Source: Candidatus Altimarinota bacterium (GTDB lineage Bacteria; Patescibacteriota; Gracilibacteria; UBA1369; GCA-2718715). From it: DNA of 64,000 bases. Position numbers and translations under genes: made by a program. The stretch is from assembly GCA_041242255.1 (NCBI GenBank), contig JBESAV010000001.1, forward strand, positions 755,631 through 819,630, in the 5' to 3' direction. Within the stretch, counting starts at the first letter, position 1. The number at the start of each line of letters is the position of its first letter. Shown in pieces: positions 1 to 9,478 of this stretch. The notes beneath the pieces were generated by a model. The model did not search any database, was not told the origin of the DNA, and saw only the letters and a program-made list of their open reading frames with translations.

Positions 1-1295
1 CTGTACTTTTTGAAGAGAAAGGTGTGGATGCCTTGAGACTTTTCTTATATCAATCAAATGTACCGCTTGCAGAAAGTACGAGATTTTCAGATGACCATGT
101 AGACGAAATAATGAAGAAGTTCAGCCTAACTTTCTGGAACACATATTCATTCTTTATCACATACGCAAACATAGACAACTTCACTAAAGATAATGTTGAC
201 CTTTCAAACTTAAATCAATTCCATGAACTAGACAGGTTTATTATCTCTAAGTTAAACTCACTGATCAAAGAGGTGACAGAAAACATGGACGCTTACAACT
301 TCCCTAAAGCTACTCGACCTATTATAGAATTCATGGATACTCTATCAAATTGGTATATTAGAAGAAGTAGGAGAAGATTCTGGAAAACTGTAAACGACAC
401 AGACAAATTCCAAGCATTCAGCACTTTATACTATGTACTAGAAAACTTAGCTAGATTATCAGCACCATTTACACCTTTCATTTCTGAATCTGTTTACCAA
501 AACCTTACAAAAGAGGAGTCAGTTCACTTAGCAAACTGGCCAAAATACGATGGAGCATTGATTGATTCAGACCTAATCCAAAAAATGGATTTAGCAAGAA
601 GCATCATTAATTCAGGACATGCTCTAAGAAGCCAAGCTAATATCAAAGTTAGACAACCTTTATCTAAAGTTGAAGTTGCAATACCCCAAAAAGAACTCCA
701 AGAACAAGTCGAAGAACTTAAGGAAGTAATCAAAGACGAATTAAACGTAAAAAACATTTCAATAATTGATTCCGCTGAAGACTTTGTAAACAAAACAGTA
801 AAACCAAATGCCAAAAAACTAGGACCAACCCTTGGACATAAAATGAAAGAAATAATTAACGCTTCACGAAATAATGAATTTGAAATAAAAGGAGAACAAA
901 TAGAAATCGCAGGAGAAACTCTAGAACTAGAAGGCAACTTTGAAATCCAGTTCGAAGCTAAAGAGGGAACACTAGCAGAAAGTCAGAATGGAATTGCAAC
1001 AATCCTTCACACTGAACTTTCAGAAGAACTAATTCAAGAAGGAATAGTTCGAGATATAATCAGACAAATTCAAGAACTAAGAAAAGAAATGAATCTTGAA
1101 GTAAATGATCACATACATTTATATCTAGAGTCACAAGAAGAAAAATTAAGCTCAGCTATAACAAAATTAGCCGATGTAATAAGAGAAGAAACACTAGCAG
1201 ATGAGCTACAACAATCTGGAGATCTCGAATGGGAATCTTCAAAAGAAGTAGAAATCGAAAACCATAAACTTCTAATTGGTATTAAAAAATGCTAA
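1..1295 (+). CDS. ileS: Isoleucyl-tRNA synthetase, C-terminal part (5' end lies upstream of the window)
   Basis: Frame stays open back to nt 3. Motifs GVDALRLFL and LSNWYIRRSRRRFWK plus the C-terminal anticodon-binding layout are typical of IleRS. Confidence 0.9.
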   Translation, partial: VLFEEKGVDALRLFLYQSNVPLAESTRFSDDHVDEIMKKFSLTFWNTYSFFITYANIDNFTKDNVDLSNLNQFHELDRFIISKLNSLIKEVTENMDAYNFPKATRPIIEFMDTLSNWYIRRSRRRFWKTVNDTDKFQAFSTLYYVLENLARLSAPFTPFISESVYQNLTKEESVHLANWPKYDGALIDSDLIQKMDLARSIINSGHALRSQANIKVRQPLSKVEVAIPQKELQEQVEELKEVIKDELNVKNISIIDSAEDFVNKTVKPNAKKLGPTLGHKMKEIINASRNNEFEIKGEQIEIAGETLELEGNFEIQFEAKEGTLAESQNGIATILHTELSEELIQEGIVRDIIRQIQELRKEMNLEVNDHIHLYLESQEEKLSSAITKLADVIREETLADELQQSGDLEWESSKEVEIENHKLLIGIKKC

Positions 1296-1657
1296 CTAAA
1301 ATACTTTTATCTATTGGCTTCAATGGAATAGTTCTATTTCTAGCTCAATACCTCTTACAAGATTTATCAGTTACAGGTGGACTCAAGACATATATTTATT
1401 TTGGGCTTGCATTTGGAATAGCCAACGGTCTCATAAAACCAATCCTAAAGCTTCTAACAATACCTGTTAAATGGGCAACTTTAGGCTTAAGCTTAGTAGC
1501 TATAAATATACTTATGTTCATAGCAGTTGATCTAACGCTAGAAGAAATTTTTGGCTCAAACTACAACATCGTACTCCAAAAAAATCTTGCAACTTACCTC
1601 AAAACCGGTATCGTTGTTGGTGTCTTAAATTGGATAAAAAATATAATAATTAAGTAA
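1289..1657 (+). CDS. YvlD / phage-holin-family-IV-like small membrane protein
   Basis: 122 aa with about 4 TM segments. The stretch GLAFGIANGLIKPILKLLTIPVKWATLGLSLVAINILMF matches the G..N..I.PIL..L..P....TLGL signature. Overlaps the ileS stop by 7 nt. Confidence 0.6.
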   Translation: MLTKILLSIGFNGIVLFLAQYLLQDLSVTGGLKTYIYFGLAFGIANGLIKPILKLLTIPVKWATLGLSLVAINILMFIAVDLTLEEIFGSNYNIVLQKNLATYLKTGIVVGVLNWIKNIIIK

Positions 1658-1872
1658 TGGCAGAAACTCTAACTATAGCACAAGTTATCGTAAGTATACT
1701 TCTTACTCTTTCTATACTAGCTCAAAACAGAGGAACAGGACTATCAGCAACTTTCGGTGGGACTGGAGACTTCTACGTTGAAAAAAGAGGAGCTGAAAAA
1801 GTTCTTTACAACTCTAGTATTATACTTGCTGCATTATTCGTAGGAATAGCATTGGCACACATCTTCGTATAA
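1657..1872 (+). CDS. secG: Preprotein translocase subunit SecG
   Basis: 71 aa with two TM helices. Has the LAQNRGTGLSATFGG glycine-rich loop characteristic of SecG. Confidence 0.6.
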   Translation: MAETLTIAQVIVSILLTLSILAQNRGTGLSATFGGTGDFYVEKRGAEKVLYNSSIILAALFVGIALAHIFV

Positions 1873-1880
1873 AAAATTCT

Positions 1881-3539
1881 ATGTTTTTAAGAAAAATTTC
1901 CCAAATTTTTCAGAACTACAGTAAAAAAGATATACTTATAACAAAAGCACTGACAGCGATTTTACTCCTGTCAGTTTTTGTTCTAGGAATAGTTACATTG
2001 GTTTTTAACTATAAAATAGACAACAAACCAAATGAATACACAGAAGCAATAATCTCAGAATACGAAGGCATAAACCCTTTATTCCCTCAAACCAACAAAG
2101 CAAATGATGATATATCATATCTAGTTTTTGAAGGTCTTACTCGATACAATCCTGAAACTTTCAACTTCGAAGACAACCTAGCAACCTACACTATTAACCA
2201 AGACTCAACAGTCTTTACTTTTCAACTAAAAGAAAACCTCAAATGGTCGGATGGAACTCCAATCACAATTGATGATGTAATCTTCACGTACAAGACTATA
2301 TATCAGAATCAATCCAACCCTAATCAAATAATACGAGACTACTTCAGGGAAATACAAATAAATAACACTGCAGAGAACGAGGTACAATTTATCTTACCTC
2401 AACCCAATAGCTTTTTCCTTGCACAAGCAACCCTACCCATATTACCAAGACACAAACACACAAAAATACAGGTTGATCAACTAAGCTTAGATTCCTTTGA
2501 CAAGAAGCAATTAGTTGGAAGCGGTCCTTTTCAAATACAAAAAATTGAAGATCTAAAAAACAATACCGCACGGATAGTTTTAAAACCAAACCCATATTGG
2601 AGAAAAACACTTCCTGAAATTGAGAAAATCGAATTCTTCATTAATCCAGACATTAACTATCTGTTATCAATACAAGAAAATATAAACGCATTTCCAGACC
2701 TTGAACCAAAATATGAAGACAACTTAGACCAAAAGCAATTTGAATTTGCTCAATATACTAAATCTCAATACACCGCACTTTTCCTAAACACAGAAAATGA
2801 TATCTTGAGAAAACAACCAATCAGAAACGCTATCCAAGCAGCAACAGATAAATCATCATTGCAACAAAACTTTATCAACAAAAAAGTAGTAAGCTTACCT
2901 ATCTTCCAATTTCAAAACATTACCCAAATTCCAAGTGCAAACCTAGATAATGTAAGACAAACACTTCAAGATTTAGGATATGAACTGAACGGAGAAGGAT
3001 ATTATCAAGATGAAAATGAAGTCCTACAATTCAACCTAACCATCCCAGCTTATGAAAACAATCCAGAAAAAAGCGAGGAGATAGATAAATTAGCAAGATT
3101 CTTAAAAACAAACTATCAAAGAGTTGGTATTGGCTTAAACATTCAAGCACTGCCAGATAACCAATTCTCCCAGACTTTAGCTACCAAAAATTACGATATG
3201 ATCCTATTAGGTCAAGATTTAGGTAAAGATTTTGACTTATTCCCATACTGGCATTCAAGTCAAGTAGGGGAGGGTAGGTATAATCTATCCAACTATCAGA
3301 ATCCTATTACAGATTCTTTACTAGAAAATATTAGAATAGAAAACAACCAAGAAATCCAGAAAGAACTAGTGTCCGACATTAACTCTCAAATCTACGAAGA
3401 TACTCCTGCAATATTTCTATATACTGACATTCATACATTTGCATTTGACAATAAGGTCAAAAACCGTAATATTCTCACGAACTATTCCTCCAGCCCACAA
3501 CGATTTTTCAATATTGAAAACTGGAGTTTAAATAATTAA
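1881..3539 (+). CDS. ABC transporter substrate-binding protein, family 5 (peptide/nickel type)
   Basis: N-terminal anchor helix. LKWSDGTPITIDDVIFTY and GSGPFQI motifs are typical of SBP_bac_5; size 552 aa. Confidence 0.7.
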   Translation: MFLRKISQIFQNYSKKDILITKALTAILLLSVFVLGIVTLVFNYKIDNKPNEYTEAIISEYEGINPLFPQTNKANDDISYLVFEGLTRYNPETFNFEDNLATYTINQDSTVFTFQLKENLKWSDGTPITIDDVIFTYKTIYQNQSNPNQIIRDYFREIQINNTAENEVQFILPQPNSFFLAQATLPILPRHKHTKIQVDQLSLDSFDKKQLVGSGPFQIQKIEDLKNNTARIVLKPNPYWRKTLPEIEKIEFFINPDINYLLSIQENINAFPDLEPKYEDNLDQKQFEFAQYTKSQYTALFLNTENDILRKQPIRNAIQAATDKSSLQQNFINKKVVSLPIFQFQNITQIPSANLDNVRQTLQDLGYELNGEGYYQDENEVLQFNLTIPAYENNPEKSEEIDKLARFLKTNYQRVGIGLNIQALPDNQFSQTLATKNYDMILLGQDLGKDFDLFPYWHSSQVGEGRYNLSNYQNPITDSLLENIRIENNQEIQKELVSDINSQIYEDTPAIFLYTDIHTFAFDNKVKNRNILTNYSSSPQRFFNIENWSLNN

Positions 3540-3556
3540 AAATTAATACATTAAAA

Positions 3557-4015
3557 ATGATTGTAGAAGTAGTACTATTACAGGATGTACCTAATCTAGG
3601 TGTAAAAGGTCAATCCGTACAAGTTAAAGGTGGTTATTTTAGAAATTTCTTGGCACCAGAAGGATTAGCAACATATGCAACTCCAGAACTTACAAAAAAA
3701 GCAGAAGAAATTAATGCAAAAATCGCCGAACAAGAAGAAAAACAAAAACAAGACGCTAAGCAGCTTGCTGTTCAACTACAAGGACAAAAAATCAAAATTA
3801 CCGAAAAACTTAATAAGAAAGGTAACCTTTACAAACAAGTTAGCCTTGAACAAATCCTTGAAGCTATTAAATCAGAACATGATCTTGAAGTACCAACTCA
3901 ATACCTAAACTTCAAACAAAAGATTAAAGAAGAAGGAACTTACGACATCAATCTTAACCTTGGATTCGACCAAACAGCTACAGTTGTATTAACTGTTGAA
4001 GGTGAAGATTCTTAG
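3557..4015 (+). CDS. rplI: 50S ribosomal protein L9
   Basis: N-terminus VVLLQDVPNLGVKGQSVQVKGGYFRNFLAPEGLA is the canonical L9 N-domain; 152 aa. Confidence 0.9.
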   Translation: MIVEVVLLQDVPNLGVKGQSVQVKGGYFRNFLAPEGLATYATPELTKKAEEINAKIAEQEEKQKQDAKQLAVQLQGQKIKITEKLNKKGNLYKQVSLEQILEAIKSEHDLEVPTQYLNFKQKIKEEGTYDINLNLGFDQTATVVLTVEGEDS

Positions 4016-4415
4016 TTTAGATTACGGACGTAAAAATATTGGAATTAGTATAAGCGATGCCACACACAGCATCGCTTTTATTCGTCCAAGTATAATAAAT
4101 GACCAAAAAGCATTAAGTATTTTACAAAAACTAATCAAAGAAGAGAACATCACAACTATTCTCATTGGAAAAAATCAAAACAAAAACCCAAACTTTGATC
4201 TTAACCAAGAAGGATTAGATTTCCTTTCTCAACTTAACTTAGATAACATAGAAGTTATCACCATCAACGAAGACTTCTCTACATTTGAAGCCATAAATAA
4301 GCTTAAAAAATCAGGATATAAAGATGACAAAATTCAAGACCTAAAAGACTCAGCCTCAGCTCAGATTATCTTAGAAAAATATCTACAATCAATTGAGCAA
4401 AGCTCACAAAACTGA
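3996..4415 (+). CDS. ruvX: Holliday-junction resolvase-like nuclease RuvX/YqgF
   Basis: ILSLDYGRKNIGISISD N-terminal motif; 139 aa. TTG/GTG start overlaps the rplI 3' end. Stop is TGA at 4413-4415. Confidence 0.8.
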   Translation: MKVKILSLDYGRKNIGISISDATHSIAFIRPSIINDQKALSILQKLIKEENITTILIGKNQNKNPNFDLNQEGLDFLSQLNLDNIEVITINEDFSTFEAINKLKKSGYKDDKIQDLKDSASAQIILEKYLQSIEQSSQN

Positions 4416-4441
4416 TAACATCATCACCTATAATAATTTGG

Positions 4442-4978
4442 ATGATTGATCTTTTTTCCATACAAACAATTTTCACCACAACAGTTTTCACAACACTGGT
4501 GTGTTTAATACAGTTCATTAAAGCCAAAGACATCTCAGAATGCAAACTAGGCTTCATTCTATCAATAGCCCTTTTACTATCAGGTATTCTTACCTCAACT
4601 TATCATTTTTCATTCATAATTTTCCTCCTAGCGTCTTACTTGATACATAAAAAGCCATCTCAAACTACTGCTTTTTTCATTACTGTAACAGCTATTTCAA
4701 CCATAGGAGCAATCCAAACTAACTTTATAAATATTATCCTATTTCAATTTGCACTAACAATTAGTTTCTTCCTTTTCTACTCAAAAATTATATTTAAAAA
4801 CTCTCTTAAGGAATTAACAATAAGATTAGATTACCTAGACTATCAAAATCTTAAAAATGAAAATACCCTAAAGGATAAACTCCAGGCACTTACACCCGGA
4901 GTAATTAAAAAATCTAAAATCATCAAGATAGACCAAATAGACGAATCTGTTCACTTTAAAGTATCATATGAACAATAA
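4442..4978 (+). CDS. Hypothetical polytopic membrane protein
   Basis: 178 aa with several hydrophobic helices and then a short soluble tail. No family motif recognised. Confidence 0.4.
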   Translation: MIDLFSIQTIFTTTVFTTLVCLIQFIKAKDISECKLGFILSIALLLSGILTSTYHFSFIIFLLASYLIHKKPSQTTAFFITVTAISTIGAIQTNFINIILFQFALTISFFLFYSKIIFKNSLKELTIRLDYLDYQNLKNENTLKDKLQALTPGVIKKSKIIKIDQIDESVHFKVSYEQ

Positions 4979-5579
4979 GTTTATAGAAAAACCATATCAA
5001 TTCTTTTTAACTAAAACTAAAAAACCATCTTTTTACCTTGAAGATAGCTACAAGTTAAATTCTAATAAACTCCCATTTCTCTTACACAAACTTTCAAAAT
5101 TCTGTTATTTAATTACAGATAATGACCAAAAAATCTTTGATATTGAAAAAGAATTTTATGACACAGCAGAAAACAACTATGAAAGACTTATAAGATTAAA
5201 TCGCCCCAAACAAATACAAGTTTTTATTCAAAAAACTTATCTCAAACAAAAAATCGAAAAAACACTAACCATCAGATATAAAAACCACCACAAGCACCAA
5301 TATTTAAAAATACCAATCTCTACTTACAAAAAAGTAGAAGACTGGCACATCAACAGCCTACTCCAACAAAAAAATTTAAATTTCCCACTTCTTCGGCAAA
5401 CTCATGAACAATCCCTATCTAGAATAATCCTCTTACAACCACACTCAAACACTATCATTCACATAGACTTCGACATAACTCTAAATCAAACAGAAAAACC
5501 GTATACAAAAATCACTATTCAAAGCGAGTCTAGAAACAACCAACTTTCTAAACTAATCCAAAAAATCCACCAAATATAA
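4968..5579 (+). CDS. Hypothetical protein (K/Q/N-rich)
   Basis: 203-aa ORF overlapping the previous gene by 11 nt. No motif recognised. Confidence 0.4.
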   Translation: MNNKFIEKPYQFFLTKTKKPSFYLEDSYKLNSNKLPFLLHKLSKFCYLITDNDQKIFDIEKEFYDTAENNYERLIRLNRPKQIQVFIQKTYLKQKIEKTLTIRYKNHHKHQYLKIPISTYKKVEDWHINSLLQQKNLNFPLLRQTHEQSLSRIILLQPHSNTIIHIDFDITLNQTEKPYTKITIQSESRNNQLSKLIQKIHQI

Positions 5580-5581
5580 AA

Positions 5582-5658
5582 TGGTGGCGGGGGAGAGACT
5601 TGAACTCTCGACCTCGGGCTTATGAGTCCCGCGCTCTAACCACCTGAGCTACCCAGCC
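5582..5658 (-). tRNA. tRNA with CAU anticodon (elongator Met or lysidine-modified Ile2), CCA encoded
   Basis: Reverse complement folds as a cloverleaf: GGCTGGG/CCCCGCC acceptor (one U-C mismatch), GCTC/GAGC D stem, anticodon loop CTCATAA, GAGAG/CTCTC T stem with TTCAAGT loop, terminal ACCA. Confidence 0.75.
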
Positions 5659-5710
5659 ACTAAAATTTAGCGTGTCAAAAATACCAAATTTTTACTAAAA
5701 ATCAACCAAT

Positions 5711-6100
5711 TTAGACATCAATTCTAGTAAAGTACTTCAGCCACTTCTTCCATTGTGGTAAGTTTTTATGCTCAAACACTTTATCAGGCACTAAGCTTTG
5801 TTCACTATCTTCACCTATTTCATTCTTCTCATCCAACAACACTAAGACTTTCTCACCTGGATTTACTTTACCTTGATTCTGCTTAGCCATTTTTTCCCTA
5901 TACTGGGGAGAAGTGTAGTATTCAAAATCTGCTCTCAGCTCTTCATTCTCCTGAACTATTTGCATATTTTCCGATTCTAACTGAACAATATACCGTTCAA
6001 TTTGATTACTATTATATTCAGACCTAGCCAATGTAGCAATCATGTATACCGCAATTAAAAACTCTATCCCCAACAAAATTTTCACATTTTTCTTTATCAT
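5711..6100 (-). CDS. Septum formation initiator family protein (FtsB/DivIC-like)
   Basis: 129 aa with an N-terminal TM helix, then a coiled coil (LESENMQIVQENEELRADFEYYTSPQYREKMAKQ) and GEKVLVL, as in FtsB/DivIC. Confidence 0.55.
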   Translation of the reverse strand: MIKKNVKILLGIEFLIAVYMIATLARSEYNSNQIERYIVQLESENMQIVQENEELRADFEYYTSPQYREKMAKQNQGKVNPGEKVLVLLDEKNEIGEDSEQSLVPDKVFEHKNLPQWKKWLKYFTRIDV

Positions 6101-6218
6101 TCGTGAGTTCTTAAAACATCACAACAAATCATAAAAGAGTTATCCAAAAAATACAAAACTATATTCAACTTGATAAAATACTTCTAATAAGCCAAAATCT
6201 TATAAATAAAACATATTA

Positions 6219-7502
6219 ATGAACTGGGAAAACATAAAAAACATATATTTTGTAGGCTTGGGAGGAATCGGAATATCTGCACTTGCAAATATTCTCTTAG
6301 AAAAAGGCTATAACATTAGTGGGTCAGAAATAGTACCTTCAGAAATCACAGAACGACTAGAATCTAAACAAGTCAAAATCAATACTGATCAAAACAATTC
6401 AAACATAACCAAAGAAATAGACTTACTAATATATACAGCAGCAGTTGATATATCCCACCCCGAGCTTCAAGCAGCTAAGGAACTATCCATTCCAATCATG
6501 TCTTACCCGCAAGCCCTTGGGGAATTTTCCAAAAATTACAAACTACTAGCTATTTCCGGTACTCACGGAAAATCAACCGTCACAGCAATGCTTAGTAAAA
6601 TTCTTATCGAAACAAACTTTGACCCGAACGTAGTCATTGGAACAAAAACCCAAGAACTAAACGGAACCAATTTCAGAGTAGGTAGTTCTGAGTATTTAAT
6701 CATTGAAGCTTGCGAATATAAAGACTCATTCTTGAATTTCCATCCTGACATTCTAGTAATAAACAACTTAGAGCCTGACCACTTAGACCATTTCAAAACT
6801 GCCGAAAATTACTACAAAACCTTCCAAGACATTACCCAAAACATAAAACCTAATGGAACACTCATTGCTCCAGAAGATGTCATCCAAAAAATCAAACCCA
6901 AAAATGACACAAAAGTTGTATCTTGGAAAGAACCTAAGCTATTTGAACTAAAGATCCCTGGAAAATTCAACCAAGAGAACGCTCAGAATGCATTCCTAGC
7001 CTCCCAAGCTTTAAATGTAGACCCAGACAAAGCCAAACAAAGCCTAGGCCATTACAACGGGAGCTGGAGGAGACTTGAGTACAAGCAAACAAAATTTAAA
7101 AATACTATATTCATAGACGATTACGCACATCACCCCACAGAAATAAAAGCTACGCTACAAGCACTCCGAAACAAATATCCCAACAAAAAATTACTTACCG
7201 TATTTCAACCTCATCAATTCAACAGAACTAAACACTTCTTAAAAGGATTTGCAGAATCATTTGCTAATACTAACCAAGTTATAATTCCTGACATATACCA
7301 AGTAAGAGACACTGCAAAAGATATTCAAGAAGTTAGCGCAAAAATCTTGGTTGATAAAATCAATCATAACTCTAAAAACGCACTCCATATAGAGGGGCTT
7401 AAAAAGACAGCCGAATACATTAAAGAAAATCATACAAAGTACGATATCATAATAACTATGGGCGCAGGAAACATTACAGACATATACGAATACTTTATAT
7501 AA
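6219..7502 (+). CDS. murC: UDP-N-acetylmuramate--L-alanine ligase
   Basis: GLGGIGISALANILLEKGYNISGSE Rossmann start and ISGTHGKSTVTAML P-loop; Mur ligase length of 427 aa. Confidence 0.9.
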   Translation: MNWENIKNIYFVGLGGIGISALANILLEKGYNISGSEIVPSEITERLESKQVKINTDQNNSNITKEIDLLIYTAAVDISHPELQAAKELSIPIMSYPQALGEFSKNYKLLAISGTHGKSTVTAMLSKILIETNFDPNVVIGTKTQELNGTNFRVGSSEYLIIEACEYKDSFLNFHPDILVINNLEPDHLDHFKTAENYYKTFQDITQNIKPNGTLIAPEDVIQKIKPKNDTKVVSWKEPKLFELKIPGKFNQENAQNAFLASQALNVDPDKAKQSLGHYNGSWRRLEYKQTKFKNTIFIDDYAHHPTEIKATLQALRNKYPNKKLLTVFQPHQFNRTKHFLKGFAESFANTNQVIIPDIYQVRDTAKDIQEVSAKILVDKINHNSKNALHIEGLKKTAEYIKENHTKYDIIITMGAGNITDIYEYFI

Positions 7503-8877
7503 GCCTGTAAGTTGTTCCATCCTTTCCATCCAACACTTGCACCCCAACACTCAGCAACTCATCCCTTAGTTTATCAGAGAGCTCATAATCTTTAGATTCT
7601 CTTGCTTCAACACGTCTATCAAACAATCTTTGCTGCTCTTCATTCAGCTGATCTTTTTCATATCTTATAACTTTCAAAACTTGATCCATCTTAAGTAGAG
7701 TGTCCCTAAAAATCTCTAACTCTTCATCACTTAAATCTCCAGCATCTAAATCAGCATTAACTTCAGTTATAAACTCATTCACCTGCGCCAATGCCTTAGA
7801 TATATTCATATCATCACTTAAAGCCTCTTTAAATTTATCTATAACCTCTTCATCGTAATCAACAGGCTCATCTACATAATTTAAATTCATATCCAAAAAT
7901 CTATCCCACAAATTCTGTATTCTGAATCTAGATTCAGATGCCTGCTTCAGGTTTTTATCAGTAAAATCTAATGGACTTCTATAATGAACAGACATCAGAA
8001 AATACCTCAAATCCAATGGATCATACACCTTAACTAAATCAATGACGCTCTTTATATTCCCCAAAGACTTAGACATTTTATCTCCATCCATATTTAGAAA
8101 ACCATTATGAACCCAGAAGTTAGCTAGTTTCTTATTATTAACACATTCACTTTGAGCAATCTCACATTCATTATGAGGAAACTTTAAATCTAATCCACCA
8201 ACGTGTATATCAATGCTCTCACCTAGAGTATCTTTAATCATAGCAGAACACTCTATATGCCAACCAGGTCGACCATCTTTAATCTCTCCATCACTATCAA
8301 TCCAAAAAGGTTCTCCATCTTTTTTATACTTCCACAAAGCAAAGTCTCTTGGATTTTCCTTACCTTTATTTTCATCGACTCTTTCACCAATATTCAAAGA
8401 ATCTAAATCTTGCTTTGAAAGCTTTCCGTATTCAGAAAACTTCTCAACTCTAAAGTAGATTCCATCACTTTTCACTTCATATGCATATCCATCTTTCAGT
8501 AACTTCTTAACCATACTTATAATCGTTTCAATATGCTTTGTAGCCCATGGCCTCTCATCAGGCTCACTAATCCTAAGAGATCCAAAACTTCTTTTGGCCA
8601 CCTCAGACATTTCATTTGCTAATTCACTTACCTCTATATCTCTTTCTTTAGCTTTATTAATCATCTTATCATCAATATCTGTAAAATTAGATACTAACTT
8701 CACTTCATAACCTAAGAAAACTAACACATCCCTTAAAAAATCAGCAGTTAAAGCAGCACGAGCATTACCTATATGAGGTGGACCATATACAGTTGGACCA
8801 CATGAATAGATTTTCACAATATCACCTATTGCAACAAACTTTTCTTTTTCACCACTTAGAGAATTAAACAAAAACAT
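7495..8877 (-). CDS. cysS: Cysteinyl-tRNA synthetase
   Basis: YSCGPTVYGPPHIGNAR (HIGH region), KMSKSLGN and WHIECS motifs; 460 aa. Confidence 0.95.
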   Translation of the reverse strand: MFLFNSLSGEKEKFVAIGDIVKIYSCGPTVYGPPHIGNARAALTADFLRDVLVFLGYEVKLVSNFTDIDDKMINKAKERDIEVSELANEMSEVAKRSFGSLRISEPDERPWATKHIETIISMVKKLLKDGYAYEVKSDGIYFRVEKFSEYGKLSKQDLDSLNIGERVDENKGKENPRDFALWKYKKDGEPFWIDSDGEIKDGRPGWHIECSAMIKDTLGESIDIHVGGLDLKFPHNECEIAQSECVNNKKLANFWVHNGFLNMDGDKMSKSLGNIKSVIDLVKVYDPLDLRYFLMSVHYRSPLDFTDKNLKQASESRFRIQNLWDRFLDMNLNYVDEPVDYDEEVIDKFKEALSDDMNISKALAQVNEFITEVNADLDAGDLSDEELEIFRDTLLKMDQVLKVIRYEKDQLNEEQQRLFDRRVEARESKDYELSDKLRDELLSVGVQVLDGKDGTTYRLI

Positions 8878-8878
8878 C

Positions 8879-9166
8879 TTATAAACCAGAAGTTATAGAA
8901 ATAAAAATTATCATAACCAAACTATAAAGACCTCTCAATAAAAAGAAAGCAATGATTGGGCTAAAATCTATCCCACTAATAGGAGGTATAATCTTTTGAA
9001 CAGGCTTCAAAATAGGATCAGTAACGTCATTTAAAAATTCCGAAACAAAAGTACTTTTATGGGGAAACCAGCTCAAAATCACCCTAGCCGTTAAAAGAAT
9101 TACAAGTATTGAGTACAAAACATAAATCAAAGTTCCAATAAAATTTACAATATTCACTTTAAACAT
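8879..9166 (-). CDS. YggT family membrane protein
   Basis: 95 aa with two TM segments. LLTARVILSWFP motif is typical of YGGT. Sits 1 nt upstream of cysS. Confidence 0.7.
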   Translation of the reverse strand: MFKVNIVNFIGTLIYVLYSILVILLTARVILSWFPHKSTFVSEFLNDVTDPILKPVQKIIPPISGIDFSPIIAFFLLRGLYSLVMIIFISITSGL

Positions 9167-9216
9167 CTTAAATTAAACAAATCATATACTATTTACATTT
9201 TATTTGAAAATTAATA

Positions 9217-9245
9217 TTGACGGTGAGTCTTCACTCACCTATAGT
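9217..9245 (+). promoter_or_regulatory. Sigma70-type promoter candidate with a perfect 7-bp palindrome inside the spacer
   Basis: TTGACG (9217-9222), 17-nt spacer, TATAGT (9240-9245). The spacer holds GGTGAGT-cttc-ACTCACC (9222-9239). Lies 24 nt upstream of the ATG at 9269. Confidence 0.4.
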
Positions 9246-9268
9246 GATTTTAGATTTAACAAACAAAT

Positions 9269-9478
9269 ATGAAAAATTTCATCATTCGAATAACCCGCAA
9301 ACAACAACCTTTAAACAATATACCAGGTATGGGTAGATTCACAGTGGCAGCTCTTAAAAGATACGGAATAGAAACAGTAGAGCAGTTCAGCATTTTCACA
9401 GAAGAAGAAGTCGTAACACTACTTGGTAAAAGTGGAGCTAAACTTCTCAAAAACGCAAAAGCATTATCATACGCCTAA
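9269..9478 (+). CDS. Small helix-hairpin-helix-like protein
   Basis: 69 aa. LNNIPGMGRFTVAALKRYGIETVEQ resembles an HhH / RpoA-CTD-like motif. Confidence 0.35.
   Translation: MKNFIIRITRKQQPLNNIPGMGRFTVAALKRYGIETVEQFSIFTEEEVVTLLGKSGAKLLKNAKALSYA

Noticed and set aside
524-937. Many ORF-track entries of 60-137 aa lie antisense to, or out of frame within, well-supported genes. Examples: 524-937, 2389-2610, 3675-3908, 4366-4557, 6563-6796, 7257-7550, 8213-8458, 9256-9450, 11604-11798, 13017-13217, 15432-15734, 16730-16912, 18784-19050, 19784-20086, 22040-22450, 23876-24091, 24300-24533, 25197-25388, 29292-29525, 30219-30425, 31166-31351, 33133-33318, 34439-34735, 35017-35691, 36017-36250, 36710-37196, 37566-37754, 38008-39210, 41338-41637, 42079-43032, 43897-44287, 44711-44956, 45240-46686, 48567-48758, 52086-52301, 53116-53337, 54711-55606, 56232-56477, 60709-61461 and 61645-61956.
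   Set aside because: Each is fully embedded in a longer ORF with recognisable family motifs or operon context. Their translations are low-complexity (S/L/F/I-rich or K/N-rich), as expected for shadow frames in AT-rich, skewed DNA. None has its own spacer, promoter or known motif.
1289-1657. Holin-family ORF as part of a phage lysis cassette
   Set aside because: No endolysin, spanin or phage gene is adjacent. YvlD-like members of this family are widespread chromosomal membrane proteins. The gene is translationally coupled between ileS and secG.
4413-4415. Alternative genetic code (UGA recoded, as in Gracilibacteria/SR1-type lineages)
   Set aside because: All conserved genes (cysS, recG, glyQS, gatB, der and others) are full length under the standard code. 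TGA functions as a terminator, for example at 4413-4415 (ruvX) and in the ATGA overlap at 49008-49011.
5582-5658. CAU-anticodon tRNA as the initiator tRNA-fMet
   Set aside because: Position 1:72 is a G-C pair, whereas bacterial initiators have a mismatch. The anticodon stem does not show the three consecutive G-C pairs next to the loop (31:39 is A/G). Elongator Met or Ile2 is more likely, and the sequence alone cannot separate these two.
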